Shown here one piece after another: positions 50,351 to 61,946 of a stretch of 64,000 nucleotides of DNA. The stretch is from Takakia lepidozioides (Eukaryota > Plantae > Bryophyta): positions 78,678,001 to 78,742,000 of the forward strand of contig CM060731.1 in NCBI GenBank assembly GCA_030704615.1, given 5' to 3'. Every line of letters begins with the position of its first letter. Position 1 is the first letter of the stretch. Position numbers and translations under genes: made by a program. The notes beneath the pieces are model-generated. The model saw only the letters and a program-made list of their open reading frames with translations. It searched no databases and was not told the DNA's origin.

Positions 50351-51483
50351 TGCACCACTTGCTTGGTCAACTATCCACCACAAAGCTCGCACTACCAAGA
50401 GCATGAATAGCCAAGTATTGTCTCCCCCTCTTGTCACATTAGATAGTTAGGGTGAAGCTATGCATACATTGAATGATGATTTCCCTTCAAGGATTTCCCA
50501 CCACATGTTCTCCAAGCCCTTCCAATGGCATCCTAAGCTTGGCTCCACACCACCATGATTGGAAGATTTCTTCACATGCTCCATTTCAGAACCTCTTGAG
50601 CTTCTTAGTGCTCTCCAAGTGCTTGCCCTTGTTGTCTTCAAGCCCAAGCATATATAGCTCCTTGGCTTCTCTTCCACAACATCCACACTTTGAACTTGCT
50701 TAACCCTAGCTTGATAGTGAAATGAGCACTAACAAGCCTTTAGTCACTCTCCACAAGCCATGGCGTACACCATCGACTCCATAATGCATACAAAGGATTC
50801 TCAAACCCTAGAATCCATGCTTCCACACACACAAGACTTCCTCCTTACAATCCTTGCAAAATCTTGTGACTCAAGAGTTTTCTTCTCAAGCTCTCCAACT
50901 CCTTGGTGCATGCAATACTCGAGCACCTTTCCTTGCAACCCCTTGCAAGCCTTGTGATACAAGAGCTAAATTCTCCTAGCTCTCAACCTCTTTAACATAC
51001 AAGTGCAAAACTAATCCTTGCACTCCGCACTCACAAGCATAAGGTGATCTTCTTGTAGTGATAAGAGATGAGAAATGAGAGAAGTAGAAGACAATGAAAG
51101 CTCTCAAAGTATGAAGCAATCACATGAAGCACAAGCCCTAGTCCTTCCAAGTGAAATCCACTCTATCACATAAACTAAGTCAAGCCAAGGGCACATTTGC
51201 TAAAAGAATCCACCCTACAAAGCCCTCAACACACTCCCTCTCAATACCTAGAGCTATGGAGGTGAGAGAAGCTCATGGAGGCTCAACTACAAGAAGATGA
51301 GCCTCCTCAACACTCACAAGGGGAAAACCTATCCCCATGTCCCAAGTGAGGCTCGACACCTCACTTGGCATGTGAGACCAAATGAAGTCCCAACACACAA
51401 AATATAAATATAAATATCTAAAATGTCCTAGTTAACTAGAAGTAGGTGATTCTAGATAACCATGACTAAAACCATGACAGAGG

Positions 51484-54325
51484 CAACACCCAGACGCTTG
51501 AGGTATGGCATCGGAGGCTTGCTCGTGTTAATCTATGATTAACATGAACACGTCTACTTGGATGGTGGATGGCTTGATTCTTGAGAACAAGAACGAGGAG
51601 TTCTGTGTTGGCTGTGCCTACGACAAGAATCATAGAACAGAGTTCCCTTGGAATGAACATCGCAAGAGAGCCAATAACCCTGGCGACTTAGTGCACACGG
51701 ACCTCTGTGGACCGATGCACACACCAAGCATTGGAGGAGCTTTGTATTTTGCTCTCTTTAAGGACGACGCTACAAGGTATCGGGTCATTGAGACGATCAA
51801 GACAAAATCCGAAACCCAAGCTTGTTTCAAGCGCTTTGTTGGTCAAATGAAGCGAGAAACTGGTTTTGGCATCAAGATAGTCCGCAGCGACAGGGGGACA
51901 GAGTATACGAATTAGAAGTTCCGTGAGTTTCTCGAGATTAGCAACATCATACAGGAACTCACTATAGTGTATACAACTGAACATAATGGTGCTAGCGAGC
52001 GGGACAATGTATGATCATGGAGGCTGCACGTAGCATGATTCATGCGAGTAACCTATAAATGAAGTTTTGGGGAGAAGCCGTAAATACTGCAGCATACGTT
52101 TTGAACAGAACCGGCACGAGAACCTTGGAGGGAATCACTCCATACGAGGCATGGTTCCGTGTCAAGCCATTAGTCGGACACATCAGAGTATTCGGATCAG
52201 ACGCTTACATACATGTACCCAAGGAGCTTGGGCACAAACTTCTACCGAAGAGTAAGAATGGGATTCTCTTGGGCTACTCAGACACGAGTAAGGCATATAG
52301 GCTATGGGATGTGGCTGGCAGCAAAGTCGTCGAAAGTAGAGACGTGCTTTCGATAAGAGGCATGTGCCAGACCTGGCATCAAATGGAGAAGAAAGATCTG
52401 TCCAAGATCTTAACATGAGCTTCTTTGATGTTGGGGAAATAACACCCATTGCACTAGTTCCACTAGTGGGAGCCCCCGATAGTGGCTCAAACGAGGAGCG
52501 AGTAACTCAAAGCAGTGTCGATGGATTGGCCGATTACTTTGCTAATGACAACATCCACGATGAAGTTATGGCAGACCGCTCACAAGAACTGTTCAAATTT
52601 AACGACATAGGAGCTGAATGGCAGATCGATGAAAACAAACAGCTAGTTCCTGAACATTATGTTGACGTTACTGATGAAGAACTGGTAGTGCAACCGACAG
52701 TTCCACAGGCAGTTGCACAACCTGAAGCAGTTGAAGTGGTGGCACGAGAGTCAAGATTGAGGCGACCACCAGCAAGGCATGGTGACTGGATTTACCCTAT
52801 CAACAGGAACCAGTACGGATGTGCTGCAGCCATAACAACAGAAGTTGATGAGCCTGAGACATACGAGGAGGCAATGCGGTCTCCTGAGAGAAGCCAGTGG
52901 GAGCAAGCGATGTGGGAAGAGTACGAGTCGTTGCTCCAGAATCAAACATGGGAGATGCAGGATCTTCCAACTAGTAGAAAGACCATAAAAAATAAGTGGG
53001 TGTTTAAGCTTAAATTCGGTATAGATGGAAGCGTGGATAGGTACAAGGCCCAATTAGTGGCCAAGGGATTCACTCAGCGAGAAGGAATGGATTTTGGTGA
53101 GACTTTTAGCCCTGTGATAAAATTTGATTCTATTATAACTGTACTAGCTATTGCGGCCGCGGAAGACATGAACATCACTCAGTTCGACGTACCCACGACG
53201 TTTTTATATGGAGAGATTGAGGAAGAAATATACACGAGCCAGCCGATAGGGTTCGAGGATCCAGAGGCTGTTGTGAAGGTGTGCAGGCTAAGAAAAGCCT
53301 TATATGGACTTCGACAAAGTTCCAGAGTGTGGAATCGACGCTTTAGCTCGTTCCTGACACAATACAATCTGGTACCAGCGACAGCTGACGGATGCGTATT
53401 CCATAGTGTTGGAGGAGGTGCCAAGCTCATACTCACCATCTTTGTAGATGACGGGATTGTATGCAGTGTAAAGAAGGACAAGATCGAGTCCATTCTTGGG
53501 TACATGGGGCAAGCATTTTCCATTACCACTGGATATCCGGAAGTGTATGTTGGATTACACATCGTACGAGAACGAGAGCAGCGAATAATACACATTGACC
53601 AAACACGTTACATACTGAAGATGCTGAAGAAATATGGATTTCATGAGAGCAACCCGATGGTCGTGCCAGCAGATCCGAATAGCGCAGCAGGACTGACAGT
53701 CCACAATGATGAGAATGAGGCTTTTGACGAGAACTTCCCGTACAAGAGTGCAATTGGGAGCCTGCAGTTTCCAAGTCTGGGATCAAAGACCAAATATCTC
53801 ATACTCAGTGTCGAATGCTGCTAAGTTCACAACGAAACCAAGGGTGCCATATGTTTCAGCAGTTAGGCGCATCTTCAAGTACCTACGAGGAATTTAGACG
53901 ACCGACGTTCTAGATCTGGGTTTGTACTGATGATCAATGGCGGAGCCATTGCATGGGGCTCTAGGAAGCAAGGATGCGTAGCTGGGAGCACCACAGAGAG
54001 TGAGTATGTGGCAGCGCACCTAGCTACACAGGAGGTAATTTGGATCAGACGTTTGCTGGGTGACTTGGGATACGAGCAGTTGATGCCAACTGTTCTATTC
54101 TCTGATAATCAGGTAGCAATTTGTCTTGTACGCAACCCGGAATACCACCGAAGGACGAAGCATATCGACATTAAGTATCACGTCATACGCAAAGCCCAAG
54201 CTAACGGACAGATCAACATGACTTATGTCTGCACAACTGACCAGCTAGTGGATATACTCACAAAGGGGCTTCCCAGAGATCGTTTTTGACAGACTGAGAT
54301 CCATGCTGGGTCTCACAGCTGCTTG
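51484..54325 (+). pseudogene. Copia pol: integrase, reverse transcriptase, RNase H (stops and frameshifts)
   Basis: WHRRLA, CVGC, VHTDLCGP, RSDRGTEY; RT KWVFKLK..RYKAQLVAKGF, LYGLRQS, IFVDDGI; RNase H SRKQGCVAGSTTESEY, HRRTKHIDIKYH. Confidence 0.93.
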
Positions 54326-54360
54326 ATTATATGTCACTACCAGTGTTGTGCGAGTGGGAG

Positions 54361-54859
54361 TAAAGGAATAAGTTAGTGCATTAACTTACTTAAGACGCAG
54401 ATTCAACACTGGCAACGGCAACGGCGGGAGCCAGAGTGTCGAGTTCATAACTATCTAGTGTCATATATATATATATAAAATCCAGCCAGCTAGTTTACGT
54501 TATCCAGTGAATTCAATTCTAGCCAGCTAGCTTGCATTGTAGTCCACTGAATTCTAAGATCCTAATGATAGTAGTTCCCACTGGGCCACTTGTGGCATGG
54601 ATATAGTCTGCCTGATCAGCAGGCTTGCATCCTACCTTCTCTATCCGTCGTGTAAGGGGAGTTAGCAGTCTGAGAATAGCTGGAAGGACAGGTTGCGTGT
54701 TTCCCAGCTTGCCTAAGCTGGTGTGTACCTTTTGGCCTTTTTGCAATACAAGCATTGTTACTTGCAATTCCTGTGTGCAGTCTTGTGTCACAGGTCAGTC
54801 TTTGGTACTAGTATTCTTTGGTTTAGCATGAGCGTCAAGAGAAAGCTGAGATTCCCTTA
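54361..54859 (+). repeat. Copia 3' LTR
   Basis: taaaggaat...attccctta; direct repeat of 17984-18447; contains a (TA)n/TATA block at ~54463-54480. Confidence 0.93.
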
Positions 54860-54864
54860 CCACC

Positions 54865-54975
54865 CATGGCTAAGTCACCAGCATTGCAGCTCCTGGTGAC
54901 AAGCACTATTTCAATCATGTCATTGTGTCATCGCAGATGGAGACATTTGCAGATTATGAGTACACCACAAGAGCT
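54865..54975 (+). pseudogene. DUF2921-family gene fragment, continuation after the copia 3' LTR
   Basis: RAT|HG*VTSIAAPGDKHYFNHVIVSSQMETFADYEY continues the DUF2921-like sequence across the CCACC TSD; contains a stop codon. Confidence 0.6.
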
Positions 54976-55184
54976 CTCGCAGCTGGGGAAATTTATCACA
55001 TCCATGGAAGAGTGCCTATCGAAAAGAGAGGAAAAAAGAAAAGGATGAAACAAGAACTGTATACTGTTCACAGGGGCCACTGAGGGCCAAGGGGACAATG
55101 CATAAGAGAGAAGCCTGCTGGCCTGCCAGGGTCAGCATTCGTTGGCTGGTAATATTTTTCATGCACTTTGTTTCGGTTGTCCCT

Positions 55185-55667
55185 AATGGATTTGGTGCGA
55201 AGCTTGCTAACATCTTCTCTATTGAATTCATCATTGAGACTGCAGATGGGAAACTACAGAAAAGATACAAGCAGGTCAGCCCCACAAAAGGCCAGTCCAC
55301 CCAGTTTTTGAAACATTTTTTACCACATCTAATTGTAACTAAGTGCATGATTGTGGTCCATTGATGTGAATAGCTTTTCACTGACAACATGTGCACCAAG
55401 TCAGAGCCTGTCATAACCAATTGTAGGGCCAATGAGAACTGGACGAAGGTCACATTCAAACCGGACCTTGCCAAGTTCAGAATGATGCACTTGGAGGATG
55501 ATGTGGTGGCACTAATGAGCAAGCGTGTCATGGACACTGCCGGCTGCCTTGGTAAATCTGTGGAAGTGGAACTCAACGGGCAGCGTCTCCCTATTAAGTC
55601 CTTCCAAGACTACGTGGGTCTTTTACCTGTCAGTGGCCAACAATGGCAGAGAGGAACCACTTAGCAG
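55185..55667 (+). pseudogene. TOP2: DNA topoisomerase II fragment (two exons of the ATPase domain, intron retained, frameshift)
   Basis: NGFGAKLANIFSIEFIIETADGK..KRYKQ | intron | FTDNM..SEPVIT..NWTKVTFKPDLAKF.M..LEDDVVALMSKRV.D.AGCLGK; no further exons seen. Confidence 0.85.
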
Positions 55668-56464
55668 GTTTACTTTTCACATTGTACAGTCTTCTTTGAT
55701 AGAAAGGGCCCAAAGAGGGTAGCAGCAAACAAACAAGTGCATTGGCAGACACATCAAAAGAGCATTCAAATCATTGAAGAATGTGGGTTGCAAATAGAGG
55801 AGGAAAGACTGCTGTGAGACAGTAACACAGGATTTCTTGCCAACGGCCAATGCCCATGTTCCCAAGGAAAGAATGCAAGACAGCAAGCATGAGGCAGGTT
55901 GCACAAACCAACACTCAAAAGTCAAAGTTTCAGCTCAAGTTTCAGTTCAATATCTCCACCTCACCAACAAAAAAGGGAGGTATGGGTGTAAAATGTTCCA
56001 TATTGTTTACAAACTGTGTAACTCAATCTATACACTGTGAACCCATCTTTGGGAAAAGGTATTAACTAATACAATGCATGGACCCATAATATAATGGTAA
56101 AAAGAATACTAAGAATGTCATATGAGCCCACAAGCACTGTACATTGCAGTAGGAGTAGACATTTTCATCAGTGTCAACACTCCCTGCAGTGAGCAACACC
56201 TGCCAATTTCCTACCTATACAACACACCCCTGGCTGCCAAGATGGTACCACCACACCCATCGTTCATGGTTGTGTGGCGGCCTGGCTGCTGCCAATGTTG
56301 GAGCTCCACACTAACTTCTATTGATGCCAGTGGTCAGAGTTGCATGTGAATTTCAATACGAGCACGAGCATGCCACTACAACGAGCAACAGGAGTGGCCA
56401 AAGAAAGACCCTGCAAAACATCTGTTACCTGTACAGCGCTAAAGGGGCCTCCCAACAGCCAATA

Positions 56465-58530
56465 CTATGACTGAGGTGCAGCATCAGGTACCCCTATCGA
56501 CTTCATCAGCTTCTTGAGAAAGAGTGCGATGATGGCCACAGTGAGAGCCATAGCCAGCAAAGTCAAGCCACGATCGGTAGACTGCTGTTGCACTGCCGGC
56601 CTACCCAGTGCTTGCTGCTGTGGCAGCTGCTGCTGAGCAATGGCAGCAGGGGGTGCACGAGTTGCCACCCGGAAGCCAGCACTGAAGCTGACAGCAATTG
56701 AGCCAGCGTTTGCATTCACATGCAGCTCATGCACATTCTCCACTATGGCAGCTCTCTCAGGTGCAGCATCCAGCAGGGGCTCCAGTGGGGCCTCCTCGAC
56801 CTCCTCTTCGACCTCCTCCTCCTGCTCTTCATCCTTAGTCTCAGCATCTGCGGTAGCAGCAGGCAGCTCAGGGACTGGCAGTGCTTTCTTCATCATATGT
56901 TCATGAATCTGCCACCCCCACGCACCCACTCAGTCGTCAATGTCCCCTCCCCTCACCTGACACCTTCCCTGTTCAACACATCTTTTTGTCTTCACGGTCT
57001 TTGGAATTAGCTCACTGAGGGGACAAAACAGCCTTTCAGGTTAGATGTTGTGCCGAGCTTCTTGCTGGATTTGAAATGAGCTACAGAATGCAGCCCTAAC
57101 TACTATCAGGTACTCTATATTGTGAACTGATAGTGGCTGGCACATCACGAATTTCATTAGCTGCAACATACTCTGCAGCTTTGGCTACGTGTTAGAGTCT
57201 GGTATACCTCTAACGAAGGTTTACAGTGTTCTCAATACAGTTAAACTTACGTCAACATCGTTAGACATGCCCCCTACCATGCCTCTATTTGAAGGCATCC
57301 ATCTCCCATGACATCAATGTACCCTTTGCACTATCAAACACTCAACCCCATCCCTGATTTACAGTACCCTTAACAAGAAATCTGAAAGGGCTTGGCACCC
57401 ATAACCAGCTGAAGGAAAACTATAATGCTGTACCTCATCAATCAAAGTTTGGCGTTCTGGGGTGCCAAACTTGGGTGCAGCAGTCCGTGATTTGATAGCC
57501 AATGCATGGCGCTCCTCCTTGGTATAGTCCAGGGATCCTAAGGCGCCATCCGGCTTTGTGGGCATGAACGCTATCAATGCAACAAGGGCTGTCCGCACTG
57601 TCCAGAAAAACCTCTTCAACCTTTCAAAACCTTAAAGTGAGAGAATGTACTCATGAAACATTGTTTGCCGTAGCCTTATGGCCATACAGGTGGAGAGAGG
57701 GAGAGAAAGAGAGAGACACTTAAGATGGTTCTTTGCCATAGCCGTCCTGCACTAAGTTTGGAAGGACCACAAAGTGCAAAGGATATCTGTAGTATGAATC
57801 TATCCAGTGTGAGAGAGACAGACGCACCACTCCAGGATGGCTGCCAGTGCTCTGGATGGTGTTGTGAGATGCTGAGACAGATCTTGGTCTGGGTCTCAAA
57901 GCGCCCATTTGGCTGCCAACCATTCACACCCATCAGTTTCCATTCAGACAACGACAGATCTCAACAACCACCTACGTGCCTCCCCAATGCTAGTTGAAAC
58001 CTACAAAACCCTATGAAGATGAGGAGGGCTTACTGTGAGGAGCATGAAGGCAGGGGGCTTGAAGGGATATTCAGGGGGTAACTGGATTCGGCCATGATAG
58101 ATGCCACCTTGAAACTCAGTGTCTGATGGTCCACGTAATGCGAAGTGCCATTCGAATATATTATCCTGCAATGACCCACCCCCAGTCAACTCTTTTCTTG
58201 CTGTTGCAAGCCCTGAACCACCCACTGGCCTTGTTAAAAGGCCCATGTACACAAGAAGTCACAAATGTACTTTGCGGACATTTTATGTGCACCCTTTGGC
58301 AGCAATTGATTCAAATCTTCTCTCTAGCCTTCAGACTTAAGACTCTAATTCTTTTGTTGGGAATTAACCGCTGTGGGTAGAAGAATTACTGAGGAGAGGA
58401 AGGCTGAGAAAGGAACTACCTCAAGGGGAAGACTCATGTACTCATCACTTGGATTGTTTTGCATCTCTTTCACCTCCTGCAATATGCGCTTCACTGCTGG
58501 GTTCTTCATGTTATGCTTTTCTTCCGCCAT
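56465..58530 (-). CDS. UBC32: Ubiquitin-conjugating enzyme E2, UBC32/UBE2J1 type, with C-terminal transmembrane anchor; 5 coding exons
   Basis: MAEEKHNMKNPAVKRILQEVKE / DNIFEWHFALRGPSDTEFQGGIYHGRIQLPPEYPFKPP / PNGRFETQTKICLSISQHHPEHWQPSWS / VRTALVALIAFMP / ...LTLLAMALTVAIIALFLKK; GT-AG introns. Likely 5' UTR exon near 60010-60130. Confidence 0.93.
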
Positions 58531-61500
58531 GTTGTCTGCACCCACTCACTCAGATCTTATAGATAACCAAAAGAAGGAGCGGTAAAACATCACAAGATCT
58601 CCAACAACATGAGGATACTGAGCAATCTGAAGTGAATAGGAGTGAGCAGCTATTATGAACAATAGATGTATGAAATCAACTGAAGGAGGTAACAGTGTTG
58701 CATCAGTATTTTTAGATTGTTATTACCCATTCTAGAAAATTGTTGCCCAAACCAACAACTGGAGAAATTCATCCTGATGCTTCACATTTTATTTGTATCA
58801 ATTCTATGGGGAAGAGAGGGTGTGAGGGATGCAGTGATCCTAATCTGCCACAACCCTAATCCGTATCAGACAACCTTTCTAATCAAAGATGAAGTAAGAA
58901 AAATGACATGAATAGTCTAAACCTGGTGACAGGCAATACCATTTCAATTTACATGACGCCAACCCTAATCAAACAATGTGTCTTATGGTACGAATCACAC
59001 AACTTAAGGGCATGCACAGACCGGGGTAACGTTGCCAACAAAGATAGAACAGCTGCCTTCTTCACAGAATAATAAATTAGAAATCCAGTCTCAAAACTTC
59101 TATGCCTATTGAAACAGATGGACTAACCGGGCCTAGCTCACATATGCCGGAGAAGAAATATCTGCCATAAGTGTCAGTCACAATAGGCACACTGAAACCA
59201 GTGTGTTTCAGGGGCGGGGGGGGGGGGGGGGGGCGGGGTGGGAAACCTGGAAAAAAGATACTGTCCGAGTTGTTTCAGGCCTTTCTCTGGATCTTAGTCA
59301 GGATCCACTTATGCACCGACTGGGTCCAGCCAAATCCAACCTTTCTCCATGAGGGAAAGAGGGGTATGGAATAAGGTACTGATACAAAGGGAGAGAGGGC
59401 CAAAATATGGCATTAGCCCTGAAATCAACATTGTATCTGTGAGTAGACCTTTTCAGGAGTCATTACTAACCATAGTTGAGCTGATTATGCTCGAATTTAT
59501 GTCCAATGACTCAATTAGAATTGTGGCAAGTTGCCCGACAGGTAAGGATCCAGCACAAACCTGGGGCATGGATCCGTTTTCCAGCATGTTTTCTTTTGGC
59601 CAATGTGGATTGATCTGTCCGAAATGATAGAGCTGGTTCAGACCCCTTCTCATTTCCAAAATGCGAAGCAGCCTATTAGACCCATCAAGGAGGGAAGCCA
59701 TTTCTCCAGCACGAAGAGCCACCACAGCCAGGCGGGGGCACTATTTTGCATCCCCACCGGGAAACCCACCTTTCTCTGTTTGTCCCATCTGGTTCTACTC
59801 AATTTCTCTGATTATGGCCATCCGGCCCGAATATGCTATCGTTCTAACTCCAAATCCGTCCATGCATTTGCCGCCAGTGCCAGTGTGTACAAATTGACAG
59901 TGGGGGTTACGATTTATCCAAAACAAGGCAGGGCATTAGGCCACAAACCCGCACAGGAAGCAACCACGCAAATCCGACGCAATAGGACAAAAGAAAGTAT
60001 TGAGCTTACCTTATTCAAATCCTTGATATCCTTGGGATCTGATTACACTCACAGGACGCCTGCTGAGGCACACACTTACTTCACCTCTTCTCTCGCGCGC
60101 TCGCTCGCTCGTACGCTCTCTCTCGGGCCGAGGTCTGGGCGGCTGGGGAGCCACGTTTCGCCACAACTCAGTTCCTGGAAAGAGCCCATAAAACTCTAGA
60201 TATTTAATTATTCATTTTGGCGAGCTTCGGCTTCGGCTCTTGAAAGTATGCATTACTGTGTACACGTTTGGTTTGTGTGTACTCGTGCGATCGACCACTT
60301 TGGACCCACCAAATTCAACAAAACCGAGGAGCAGTTGCAAGTTGAGTGAACCCACTTATGTGGCGGTGCTAGTGAAGGTTTCTGTGGGCTTGTTTGATTC
60401 CAGAATTCAAGGCTGAGGGTCTCGTGCCATGGCGGAAAAGGCTATACGCTGGTAGAACGATCCATGCTCGTAAGTCATCGTTTTGCTTGACATAGTCAGA
60501 CCCTGAATGACACCCTGGTTCACTTCGACCATCCAGGACCTGGATTGATGTTTACCAGATGTTTTTCTTGTCAAGATCAGACATGCATTGCTGTACAAGC
60601 TTGCCCAGAGAGGGGCCAGTAGCCATTCAACAATCATGCAAGGATTCCTGATCTTATCCTGAAGAGCAAATATCAAGAAGAGAGCTAATTGTTAATTGTA
60701 AAGGGAGTCCTCTACAATGGACATAATGAATGTATTTTCCTTTTCTCTATTCACCACAACTACCAAGTCTCTGCAAGCACCATTCACAGAGTGTTCACCC
60801 TCTCATTCCAATTAATCTTTTGGCTTTTGGACTGCATTAGTTTCTGCTGATAAAATGGTTCAGGTTTCTCCATTTGCAGCTTTCCAATGCTTTACTTTGC
60901 CCAAACTGGGTGTGGGCACCATGGCCACATGGCTATGGAAAGCATATAGTGTTCAAGAAGTTGAAATCCATTGCAATACAAATAACACAATTGCTTAGTG
61001 CTACTTTGGTTGTTTATATCTTTACTTTTCTATTAAGCCTCTTTGATCTTTTCCTGGGAAAATGTAATGTTGCTGATGATGGGGGGTTAGTTTCACTTAT
61101 GTATTATGTACCCTGAACTAGTGTAAAGACATCTTGTTTGTAACTCGCTGAGTGAAAATTACTACCTCATTACCTGCCTGGAAGTTGCAGCAGGTACAAC
61201 AGGGTGGCAGGGATGTTAAGCCCCGCATTGCCCTTCTTGTGCACTGTGCCCTCTGGTTTGCTCTCGTTCCTGCTTACAGTTTACTGGTTTCTCAGTACGA
61301 AGAGGGGGTCATGCGTCTGGAGAAAACACTCAAAAACGATGTTTAGATCCGGACTATTATAGGATGTTGCATGACAAACTCCGGATGCGCTGGAGACAGA
61401 ATTGGATGCAACCGAGAAGGGGTCTCATTTCGAGAGATCTGGATGATGGAAAATGACTGAATTTGGTACTTTGACTATCTGAGCAATTAAACTGCATCTG

Positions 61501-61946
61501 ATCTCATCTTTGTTTGAAAGTGAAACTCAAGTTAGAGGATATGTATTCTGTGATTGAAGTGATTGAAATAGTGAAAAGGCTGTAGTATTTGTCGAGTAAT
61601 TCAGGATTTGACTGTGATCGATCAACCTTATTGTATCACAGTCAGTAGAATGACACTCTTATACATACTTCTGATTTTGCTCAGTATAGTTTCAGGCGTT
61701 ACGGCACCTCTGTTCTTATAGGGCCCACCCTTGAAAGGTGGATGGTGAAGCGGCTCTTAGTTACGCCCTTATGCGTGAGTTTGTTCTAGTTTGCGTTTGC
61801 TAGTCATGAGGGCTGTGCGGAACCGGATGGCAATAAGATGGATACTGCAGAAACAGTGGTGGATAGCTGTAGTAGGGATGTTGAAGTTGTCATGTAGGGC
61901 GTTTAGGCTGGCGTTGTGAAGTATACGATGAAGAGTGGAGTATATG

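Larger units (their letters stand above)
43969..51479 (-). mobile_element. Gypsy-related element with gag, integrase and PHD finger; no PR/RT/RH and no detectable LTRs
   Basis: Termini TGTCGTG...CATGACA, 4-bp TSD gggg/gagg (1 mismatch); removal restores the copia frame TKRG|NTQTLEVWHRRLA. Confidence 0.8.
17984..54859 (+). mobile_element. Ty1/copia LTR retrotransposon (decayed), expanded to 36.9 kb by nested insertions
   Basis: Two LTRs (17984-18447, 54361-54859) and TSD CCACC (17979-17983, 54860-54864). Domain order gag-PR-IN-RT-RH is recovered after removing the inserts. PPT-like gcgagtgggag precedes the 3' LTR. Confidence 0.95.

Noticed and set aside
59171-61460. ORFs of 60-198 aa upstream of UBC32
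   Set aside because: They lie in the probable 5' UTR intron/promoter or intergenic DNA, have non-ATG starts, and show no recognisable domains.
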